DNA of 32,000 nt from contig CP060232.1 in the NCBI GenBank assembly GCA_023898645.1, positions 450,001 through 482,000 of the forward strand, in the 5' to 3' direction. Shown piece after piece: positions 6,009 to 13,128 of this stretch. The translations under genes and the position numbers were made by a program. Source of the DNA: Candidatus Saccharimonadota bacterium. Lineage in GTDB: Bacteria; Patescibacteriota; Saccharimonadia; Saccharimonadales; Saccharimonadaceae. The notes under the pieces are model-generated. The model had not been told where the DNA came from. It made no database searches and saw only the letters and a list, made by a program, of their open reading frames with translations. The first letter of the stretch is position 1. Each line of letters starts with the position of its first letter.

Positions 6009-7208
6009 ATGATTTTGGCACGCCGAAGTGCTACTTCTCGTTACCGGTACAGGAAGGTGATGAGATTACGACGATTTGCGAAGCGATGGAAGCTTCGTTC
6101 GGTGTATATGGTAGCAGTATTTTGTGTCATGTCTTTTTCAATCTCCACGATATTTTCAGCTATTAGCGAAGGAGCCGAAGTGGTATCACCTGAAAGACGC
6201 ATCGCGACAGCCTCAACGAATGGGAAGGCGGGTGTCTCAAGCCCCGTCAGCATTCAGAAGATGGAAGAAGTAAAAAGTACAAAAGCAGTCCTTGGGGCTT
6301 CTACGAATAAGCAGATTTTTAGCCAGATACCGCCAAAACCTTCGTGGGTTACTATGCCGCTATATACAGATCCTAATAACGGAGCGGCTCAATATATCGC
6401 TAAGAATCCTTCAATAAATGGCGCTAGTTATATAGAACGTATGGCGAAAGTTCCGGTTGCGCAATGGTTTGGCGATTGGAATTCAAACGTAAAAGTTGAT
6501 GTTGATAATTATGTTGCTGCCGCTGCGGCAAAAAGGAGCGTTCCTGTAGTGGTGGTGTATAACATTCCGCATCGTGATTGCGGAGGTTATTCAACTGGAG
6601 GTGCTAACAACTTTTCTTCATATACAAAATGGATCGAACAGGTCGCCGCCGGCATAGGTAATAGAACGGCAGTCGTAATATTAGAACCAGATGCGCTCGG
6701 TGCCCTTAACTGTCTTCCTTCGTCTCAAAGACAAGAACGAACTCAATCTATAGCTCAGGCAGTAACTATACTGAAGGCGCACGCCCAGACTGCTGTTTAT
6801 ATTGATGCGGGTACACCTGTTTGGCAACCTGTAAATGTAATGGCTTCACGTCTGAAGATTGCCAATGTGGCTGCGGCTAATGGATTCAGCTTAAATGTCT
6901 CATATTTTTCATCAACGGCTAAGAATCGAACTTACGGTAATCAACTTTCGAGTCTTATTGGTAACAAGCATTATGTCATTGATACGTCACGAAATGGCGC
7001 TAATCATGCAGTAACAGGTATGCAGTGTAATCCTTCTTTCGCCGCACTAGGTGAGATGCCGACGACGAATACAGGGAGTGCGTTGAACGATGCGTTACTA
7101 TGGATAAAAATTCCTTGGGAGTCGGACGGATCTTGTAATGGAAGTCCAGGTCCAGGTGAGGGATATTGGAGTTATGCTGTCGAGCTTGCGAAAAACGCTG
7201 GTTGGTAG
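6009..7208 (+). CDS. Membrane-anchored GH6 glycoside hydrolase (endoglucanase/cellobiohydrolase family 6)
   Basis: VVILEPDALG matches GH6 signature 2. VVYNIPHRDCGGYSTGG closely resembles GH6 signature 1 (V-x-Y-x2-P-x-R-D-C). The start is set at ATG 6009 (GGGAGG 5 nt upstream), not GTG 5964. The N-terminus is a basic tail plus TM (VYMVAVFCVMSFSISTIFSAI). Confidence 0.88.
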   Translation: MILARRSATSRYRYRKVMRLRRFAKRWKLRSVYMVAVFCVMSFSISTIFSAISEGAEVVSPERRIATASTNGKAGVSSPVSIQKMEEVKSTKAVLGASTNKQIFSQIPPKPSWVTMPLYTDPNNGAAQYIAKNPSINGASYIERMAKVPVAQWFGDWNSNVKVDVDNYVAAAAAKRSVPVVVVYNIPHRDCGGYSTGGANNFSSYTKWIEQVAAGIGNRTAVVILEPDALGALNCLPSSQRQERTQSIAQAVTILKAHAQTAVYIDAGTPVWQPVNVMASRLKIANVAAANGFSLNVSYFSSTAKNRTYGNQLSSLIGNKHYVIDTSRNGANHAVTGMQCNPSFAALGEMPTTNTGSALNDALLWIKIPWESDGSCNGSPGPGEGYWSYAVELAKNAGW

Positions 7209-7275
7209 GCTTAAGACACATATTCACAAGAGCAACTAGTCTTGTGGCGTGTGAAAAGGCGCAATAAAGAAAAAA

Positions 7276-7314
7276 AGCCCGCCGAGTAGACTATACGTCT
7301 ACCTGTGACGGGCT
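7276..7314. terminator. Hairpin between convergent GH6 and SDR genes
   Basis: The outer stem is agcccg (7276-7281) / cgggct (7309-7314), with an inner gtagac/gtctac stem. An A7 tract precedes it. Confidence 0.55.
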
Positions 7315-7322
7315 TGTGGTGC

Positions 7323-8186
7323 TTATGGAGTTGGGGGCAGATTGGTCGTGCGCTGGCTATTTTCTGCAAGCGCCTTGTCCTTGGCTTTCTTCATGCGTGG
7401 GCCTACGTAGAATTCCAAGGTGCGCTGGGCGACCCAAGGATGAAGACGTAGGAGCCTGACTCGGCGCGGGTAATCGACATTGCGACGCTGTTTGCGGATC
7501 GCTCTGGCGATTGCCTTGACGGCTGGTCCGGACTTTGCCACTGGCATGATTCGAAAGCTTCGTCCGAAGAGGCGAACCCCGACCAGATATTCACCGGCTT
7601 TGGTACCGAATCCTATGCTAGTCATCTCGGTTTCGAGCTCCGAAAAAACGCCGACTCCAACCTTGATGCCGCGCGGTTTTACCTCAACACGGAGTGTTTC
7701 GGCAAAGGCACGAACGGCAGCTTTGCTGGCGTTGTATGAGCCAATCATGGGCGCGCTGACGTACCCTGCTAGCGACGACATAAAGAATATGTAGCCGCCC
7801 TCGGTCATGTAGGGTAGTGCAGCTATTGCAGTATTTGCACTTCCCGTAGCGTTAACTGCCATGGTAACGGCAAATTCTTCCATGAATTTAGGGTCTTCGA
7901 TAACCATCTGACGAGCAACGCCCGCATTACAGATGACGTCGTCGATTCCGTTCATGATAGTGTTTGCCTTTTGCAGGGCAGCAGTTACCTGATCCATGGA
8001 GCGTACGTCGCAAATTGCCCATGCGGACGAGTCGCCACACTCCTCGGCGAGTTTTTTCAGCTCCGCTTCTTCGCTGGGTAAACCAGTTACGAAGACGTGT
8101 GAGCCGTCACGGGCCAGTGATCGAGCGGTTGCGCTACCGAGGCCACGACCGGCTCCGGTAATGAAAACCTTGCGTCGTATAAACAC
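7323..8186 (-). CDS. Short-chain dehydrogenase/reductase (SDR) family oxidoreductase
   Basis: 287 aa with a GTG start and GGAG 4 nt upstream. It carries TGAGRGLG (TGxxxGxG), CNAG (NAG) and SS...YNASKAA (S-YxxxK). Confidence 0.88.
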   Translation of the reverse strand: MFIRRKVFITGAGRGLGSATARSLARDGSHVFVTGLPSEEAELKKLAEECGDSSAWAICDVRSMDQVTAALQKANTIMNGIDDVICNAGVARQMVIEDPKFMEEFAVTMAVNATGSANTAIAALPYMTEGGYIFFMSSLAGYVSAPMIGSYNASKAAVRAFAETLRVEVKPRGIKVGVGVFSELETEMTSIGFGTKAGEYLVGVRLFGRSFRIMPVAKSGPAVKAIARAIRKQRRNVDYPRRVRLLRLHPWVAQRTLEFYVGPRMKKAKDKALAENSQRTTNLPPTP

Positions 8187-8330
8187 GATTCTCCTAAGCT
8201 AGTAGTGAAATGAACTCCCACAAGAATATGTGAGTACTGCCCATATTTTTCATTTAAAGGGCAAAAATGTCAAGTCATAAGTTTACGAATAAGGTTTACT
8301 CAGTTGTAATTCGATGACGTGCGGTTGCTA

Positions 8331-8358
8331 TTGAAGCTGCTGGTAACCGGCGTATACT
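8331..8358 (+). promoter_or_regulatory. Promoter giving a leaderless PAP2 mRNA
   Basis: TTGAAG (8331-8336), 16-nt spacer, TATACT (8353-8358), 7 nt, ATG 8366. The GGAG directly abutting the ATG is too close to act as an SD. Confidence 0.45.
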
Positions 8359-8365
8359 AAAGGAG

Positions 8366-8860
8366 ATGCAATTTATCACTCGACTCATCGCCGACGGTAC
8401 ATTAATCCCTATCGTTCTCATTGGGCTATATGCACTTACTTATAAAGTACCGGCAAAAAGTCGATATGCTGCGTATTCTAGGGTGCTCATGGCGGGACTA
8501 ACGACGCTACTCGTAGCAAAATACATGGCTACGTTGTGGCAGCCGACGGGCGAGCGACCGTTTCAGATATTAGGTGTCGCACCGGGTGCTGCTTACTTAC
8601 CGAATCCTGGTTTTCCATCTGACCACGCCATTCTTTCTGCCTCAATTTTATATGCAGTATGGTTTGAGACTAGATCAAAATTATGGACTCGAGTACTCGT
8701 GGTACTCGTACTGTTAGTGTGCGTGGGTCGTGTTTTGGCACTTGTGCATACTCCGATGGATATCTTGGGTGGCTTAATCGCTGCAACCGTAGGTGCGATA
8801 TGGTACTTTACTCCTCGAATTGGAAATGACTTACCTAAGCGACACAAGCGCGCGAAGTAA
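8366..8860 (+). CDS. PAP2-family membrane phosphatase (undecaprenyl-diphosphatase/BcrC-like)
   Basis: 164 aa with multiple TM helices. The PAP2 motifs are ...ERPF (KxxxxxxRP-like), PSDH (PSGH) and GRVLALVHTPMD (SRxxxxxHxxxD). Confidence 0.8.
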   Translation: MQFITRLIADGTLIPIVLIGLYALTYKVPAKSRYAAYSRVLMAGLTTLLVAKYMATLWQPTGERPFQILGVAPGAAYLPNPGFPSDHAILSASILYAVWFETRSKLWTRVLVVLVLLVCVGRVLALVHTPMDILGGLIAATVGAIWYFTPRIGNDLPKRHKRAK

Positions 8861-8902
8861 GTTAATTCACAGGTCTTTCTATTTATTTATACTTCGACTG
8901 GA

Positions 8903-8911
8903 TGCTACAAT
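8903..8911 (+). promoter_or_regulatory. Extended -10 promoter candidate
   Basis: TGcTACAAT lies 17 nt upstream of ATG 8929. The leader carries AAGGA. Confidence 0.35.
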
Positions 8912-8928
8912 AGAAGAAAGGAAAAACC

Positions 8929-9423
8929 ATGGCCTGGAGAGATTCGACAGATACGCACCAGCTTTTGGGAGGGCTCATCGATATGCCGCAGCAGCATGTC
9001 ATACGAATAATACTCTTGGGTGTTGGACTGGGAGTCGTCGGCTTTTTACTTTCATTTATCATTAGAGATGTTATTTTGGTGCCGGTTTTTTGTGGAAATG
9101 TCCCGATTAGTAAGTGTTCTGGGGTAGCAGACAACGCCGCAAATATCGCGAATGTGATCGTGGCAATCGCAGGATTGCTTGGTTTGGTTCGCTTGAGTGT
9201 GTATCGACCGCTGCTTATCGTACTCGCGGTAGTTCTGTCGTTTTGGGGCCTGGGAGGACTTATGACGAATTTGTCGTGGTTCGAGGCATTGTCATGGTGG
9301 GTTTTGCTATATGCGATTGGGTACACCGCTTTTGCGTGGTTGGTGCGTCCGCGCGCCTTTGCGCCTACGCTGTTAATCGTTGTCTTAGCTGTCATATTGA
9401 TTCGCTGGTTGCCAACACTATAG
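8929..9423 (+). CDS. Hypothetical integral membrane protein (4-5 TM helices)
   Basis: 164-aa ORF with an SD-like AAGGA and a strongly hydrophobic helical pattern. It is preferred over the overlapping antisense 262-aa ORF. No family recognised. Confidence 0.6.
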   Translation: MAWRDSTDTHQLLGGLIDMPQQHVIRIILLGVGLGVVGFLLSFIIRDVILVPVFCGNVPISKCSGVADNAANIANVIVAIAGLLGLVRLSVYRPLLIVLAVVLSFWGLGGLMTNLSWFEALSWWVLLYAIGYTAFAWLVRPRAFAPTLLIVVLAVILIRWLPTL

Positions 9424-9446
9424 TTCATTGTCGAACATAAGCTATA

Positions 9447-10511
9447 ATGAGTGCTATGGAACTTATTATTTTGGGTATTGTGATAATCGGCCTCGTGGCA
9501 ATCATTGTCGTGCTGCTTCAACGTACGCGCGACACACAAGGAGGAGGATCTGTTGATCTTATTAAGTCCGACGTGACGGAGTTGAATAGGTCTATCATGA
9601 AGTTGCAAGAAAGCATGGGAGACAAGTTGGAGCGCAACAACGATACTATGCAGAAGTCCGTACAAAAACAATTGACGGAGAGCGCAAAGTTAATTGCAGA
9701 CGTCACGCAACGATTGGCAAAGCTGGACGAGACGAATCGGCGAGTCGTCGATGTAGCGGATGAATTAAAAACGCTGCAAAACGTACTGCAAAATCCAAAA
9801 CAACGAGGCGTGTTCGGAGAATTTTATTTGGAAAGCGTTTTAGACAATGTTATGTCGCCGAAACAATACCAAACTCAGTACAAGTTTAAGGACGGCAAGA
9901 TCGTCGATGCGGTAATCTTTCTCGAAAAGGGACAGATTTTACCTATCGATAGTAAATTCTCACTAGAAAATTATAATCGTATGGTAGAAAGTAAAGACAA
10001 AGCAGAGCGTGACAGGTTACTGCAAAAAGTTAAGGTTGACCTGAAGGGTCGCATAGACGAAACCGCTGATTACATACGACCAAGTGAAAATACGATGGAT
10101 TTTGCATTTATGTTTATTCCGAGCGAGGCGCTTTACTACGATCTGCTCATTAGTAATATCGGCGCCAGTAGTAAAGATTTAATCGAATATGCATTTCGCG
10201 ACAAGCGAGTCATTATTGTCAGTCCGACTAGCTTTATGGCGTATCTGCAGACGGTTCTACAGGGATTGCGCAGCTTGCAGATCGAAGAACAGGCAAAGGA
10301 CATACAGGTACGAGTGGGCAAGCTTGGCCAGCATATTGGCCGGTTTGAAACATACATGCAAAAGCTTGGTAATTCACTTGGTACGACAGTCAATCACTTT
10401 AATAGCGCCCATAAAGAGCTCGGTAAGGTAGATAAAGACATCGTCAAGATAGCCGGCAGTAACAGTGGCGTAGAACCGCTTTTGCTCGACAAACCGGCCG
10501 TAGATGAATAA
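9447..10511 (+). CDS. rmuC: DNA recombination protein RmuC
   Basis: N-terminal TM, a coiled-coil region, then RmuC-type core motifs (DAVIFLEKGQILPIDSKF, FAFMFIPSEALYY, VIIVSPTSFMAYLQTV). The start may be ATG 9456, because TATAAT at 9443-9448 lies 7 nt upstream of it. Confidence 0.85.
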   Translation: MSAMELIILGIVIIGLVAIIVVLLQRTRDTQGGGSVDLIKSDVTELNRSIMKLQESMGDKLERNNDTMQKSVQKQLTESAKLIADVTQRLAKLDETNRRVVDVADELKTLQNVLQNPKQRGVFGEFYLESVLDNVMSPKQYQTQYKFKDGKIVDAVIFLEKGQILPIDSKFSLENYNRMVESKDKAERDRLLQKVKVDLKGRIDETADYIRPSENTMDFAFMFIPSEALYYDLLISNIGASSKDLIEYAFRDKRVIIVSPTSFMAYLQTVLQGLRSLQIEEQAKDIQVRVGKLGQHIGRFETYMQKLGNSLGTTVNHFNSAHKELGKVDKDIVKIAGSNSGVEPLLLDKPAVDE

Positions 10512-10523
10512 AATTCGTAGGCA

Positions 10524-10823
10524 ATGAGTGAACGTAACGATGAGCAAGTATTGCTTCCTGTAGTGTCTGAGGAGACGGTAGATGTCCGCGTGCATGATTT
10601 TGCTGAGTCTGATTCCCGTGAGTATGTAGGCAGAATGTTTGGTAAATTTATGAATGAGCAGCCGCATCTTGCTGAAGTAGTCACGAACTATATTAGTCGA
10701 GCGGCGCAGTCGAATGCTGAAGCAGCAAAAATGGCGACTGTTGCGATAGTGATGTATGAGCACTTGAGTATTCAAGCTGAAGTGGATGAGTTAGACAGAC
10801 AATTTAATTCACAACAAGAATAA
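10524..10823 (+). CDS. Hypothetical acidic protein
   Basis: 99-aa ORF starting 12 nt after the rmuC stop, with a strong terminator after it. No recognisable motif. Confidence 0.5.
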   Translation: MSERNDEQVLLPVVSEETVDVRVHDFAESDSREYVGRMFGKFMNEQPHLAEVVTNYISRAAQSNAEAAKMATVAIVMYEHLSIQAEVDELDRQFNSQQE

Positions 10824-10835
10824 TATATAGACAAT

Positions 10836-10865
10836 AAATAGACCCCGCTCATGCGGGGTTTATTT
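10836..10865. terminator. Bidirectional intrinsic terminator
   Basis: aaata-g-accccgc-tcat-gcggggt-t-tattt lies between convergent genes (stops at 10823 and 10884). Confidence 0.75.
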
Positions 10866-10883
10866 ATTGTGTTCAGTACTTTA

Positions 10884-11708
10884 CTAAACTTCGACTGCGT
10901 CGCGTAGTGCGAAGCCAACGACACCACCAACGAGTGGTGCAACTAGGTAGGCAGCAACTGCAAACCAGTCAATGTTTACCCAGTCAACAGCTGAAGCTGC
11001 TACGGCGATTGCTGGGTTTAGTACGATGTTAGCGCCAACATAGCTTACGGATACACCGGCAATAAGCATTGCGACGAACAGGCCGAAACCGGCTGTGATC
11101 GACTTAGCAACACGGTCGGTCTTTTCGCGCCATGCGCTTGCAAAAGCGAATGCAAAGATGGTGCTACCGAGAAGCTCGGCGAAGAATACGTACCAGTGGC
11201 TGTTGTTGGTGAGCGCTGCAAGCTTGAATACGTCAGGAGTAGCTTGACCAAGTGCAGAAGTGGATGACGCGTCTGTGTGGTAGCCGCTGATGAATGTTGA
11301 CAGCACGACGTAAGCAGCGCCTGCGCCGAGAAGCTGTGCCAACACGTATGTAAGTGCGCGAACGTTGCCTAGCTTACGAGTAACCCATGCACCTACGGTG
11401 ACGACAGGGTTTAGGTGTGCACCAGAAAGCGTGCCGACCATAAGTAGCAACGTGACAAGCACGAAGCCCATGTATAGTGGTTCGCCCTTTGTGACTAAGT
11501 AAGCGCTAGTTAGTAGAAATGCACCAATGAACTCACCGATGAGAGCTGCTGCTACGACAGTTCTCTTGTCGGTTAGCTTGAAGCGTGGAACCGATAGAGA
11601 TTTTTTCGTTGTACTAACGGCCTTTACGGTTGTTTCAGTTTTTTTTGTAGATGGGCTTTTTGACCGGGTGGTTTTTTTTGCAGTAGAGCCGGCTTTTTTA
11701 GTCGCCAT
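10884..11708 (-). CDS. MIP-family channel (aquaporin/glycerol facilitator-like) with a basic Lys/Thr/Ser-rich N-terminal tail
   Basis: Two NPA-type motifs (HLNPVVT and VLNPAIA) and six hydrophobic helices. The start is set at ATG 11708 (AAGGAGGG 6-7 nt upstream), not ORF-track 12059. Confidence 0.88.
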   Translation of the reverse strand: MATKKAGSTAKKTTRSKSPSTKKTETTVKAVSTTKKSLSVPRFKLTDKRTVVAAALIGEFIGAFLLTSAYLVTKGEPLYMGFVLVTLLLMVGTLSGAHLNPVVTVGAWVTRKLGNVRALTYVLAQLLGAGAAYVVLSTFISGYHTDASSTSALGQATPDVFKLAALTNNSHWYVFFAELLGSTIFAFAFASAWREKTDRVAKSITAGFGLFVAMLIAGVSVSYVGANIVLNPAIAVAASAVDWVNIDWFAVAAYLVAPLVGGVVGFALRDAVEV

Positions 11709-11820
11709 GGAATTCCCTCCTTGTATAGAAATTATGTGCTCAGTATAACATAACCTGAACGATATACTAGACCAAAGCGTCGACGCAATGAACAGTGGTT
11801 TATGGAGTATAATGATATAT

Positions 11821-12069
11821 ATGGGAATCATAGTAAACCAAGATGACAGACGGACAGAGTTGCAGAAACGTATTGCCGCAGATTTGACCGACAAAGCCAA
11901 AAAAAAGAGTGAACCACAAGGCGATATGCCAGACGGTGTCGATGACTCTGCGTACATGGAAGGTACGTCGTCGACGTCACGATTTGCAGGAGTATGGATT
12001 TTACTCATAGCCGTGATTATCGTTGCGGCTGTTATATATTTATTAGTCTCGTCTGGCAATCACAAGTAA
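11821..12069 (+). CDS. Small tail-anchored membrane protein, hypothetical
   Basis: The ORF is 11788-12069. TATAAT (11808-11813) lies 7 nt upstream of ATG 11821. It has a charged N-region and a single C-terminal TM (GVWILLIAVIIVAAVIYLLV). Confidence 0.5.
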   Translation: MGIIVNQDDRRTELQKRIAADLTDKAKKKSEPQGDMPDGVDDSAYMEGTSSTSRFAGVWILLIAVIIVAAVIYLLVSSGNHK

Positions 12070-12090
12070 GATAATTTATACTCTAGCTTA

Positions 12091-13128
12091 ATGATCGATA
12101 CCAATGAACTGCGCGAAAATTTGCTACAGCGCATCCGTGAAAGCAATCAGCCACACGAAGTGTTGCGAACTCCTGAACTCAGGGCGCTTGCTGATGGGCT
12201 GAGGGACTTGCCGCCTGAAGAGCGATCTGGTGCCGGCCGCGCGCTCAATGAATTGAAGCAGTCACTGCAGGCGGCCGTGCAGGAGCGTGAAAATGAATTG
12301 CTTGACCAAGCCGTAGTGCCAATCGACGTAACGGCTCCGATGGATGTTAATAGCGCCTTGCCTACACTTTTATCAACGGAGCGGGGTACGGTGCATCCAA
12401 TTTCGCGCGAGATTGCCGTGATGAGCGACATTTTACAGCGCATGGGCTTTACTGTTTATGAGTCGCGTGAGATTGACGATCAATATCACATGTTTGAATC
12501 TTTGAACTTTCCCGCCGGACACCCCGCTCGTGACGATTTTGATACATTTATGACTGTTGAGACTGACAAAGACGGTGAGCCGCTTATAGCGCCCGCGCAT
12601 ACGAGTACTATGCAAAACCGCATAATGCGTGAACTCGCACCGCAACTTGAACGTGGCCTGCCAGTTGCTGCGGCGTCAATTGATCGCGTGTTTCGAAACG
12701 AAGATCTGGACCCGCGCCATGAACACACGTTTTATCAGCACGAAGGTATATTTATAGACAAAGACGTTCACGCCGGTATGCTTGTCGCTACGCTCAAGAC
12801 ATTTCTGGAGAGTTACTATCAGACTGAGCTCAACGTCCGCGTTAATCCGTTTTACTTTCCATTTACCGAACCATCATTCGAGTTCTCGCTCAGCTGTCCG
12901 TTCTGTAAGGGTGAGGGTTGCAACGTTTGCTCACAGTCTGGATGGATTGAATTACTTGGCTGCGGCATGATTCATCCTAATGTGCTCAGGATGGCAGGGA
13001 TTAACCCCGAAGTCTATACCGGCTTTGCATGGGGCGGCGGTGTTGATCGATTGGTTATGATGAAACGCGGCGTCGAAGACGTGCGACATTTTGAATCAGC
13101 AAAATTAGATTTTTTGAGGCAGTTTTAA
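12091..13128 (+). CDS. pheS: Phenylalanine--tRNA ligase alpha subunit
   Basis: 345 aa. Class II aaRS motifs are present: GHPARD, RVFRNEDLDPRHEHTFYQHEG and GFAWGGGVDRL. Confidence 0.95.
   Translation: MIDTNELRENLLQRIRESNQPHEVLRTPELRALADGLRDLPPEERSGAGRALNELKQSLQAAVQERENELLDQAVVPIDVTAPMDVNSALPTLLSTERGTVHPISREIAVMSDILQRMGFTVYESREIDDQYHMFESLNFPAGHPARDDFDTFMTVETDKDGEPLIAPAHTSTMQNRIMRELAPQLERGLPVAAASIDRVFRNEDLDPRHEHTFYQHEGIFIDKDVHAGMLVATLKTFLESYYQTELNVRVNPFYFPFTEPSFEFSLSCPFCKGEGCNVCSQSGWIELLGCGMIHPNVLRMAGINPEVYTGFAWGGGVDRLVMMKRGVEDVRHFESAKLDFLRQF

Noticed and set aside
8883-9671. A 262-aa minus-strand ORF, the longest unexplained ORF in the track
   Set aside because: It is entirely antisense to two better-supported plus-strand genes (membrane protein 8929-9423 and rmuC). 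Its composition is low-complexity and Cys/His/Thr-rich, and it has no SD or promoter signal. It looks like a shadow ORF.
10374-10775. Minus-strand ORFs of 133 and 96 aa overlapping the rmuC 3' end and the 99-aa gene
   Set aside because: They are antisense shadows with junk-like sequences and no translation signals.
11709-12059. The 117-aa N-terminal extension of the MIP-channel ORF (ORF track start 12059)
   Set aside because: The extension overlaps the divergent plus-strand small gene and has no homology logic. A strong AAGGAGGG SD precedes the internal ATG at 11708, which gives a normal-length channel.
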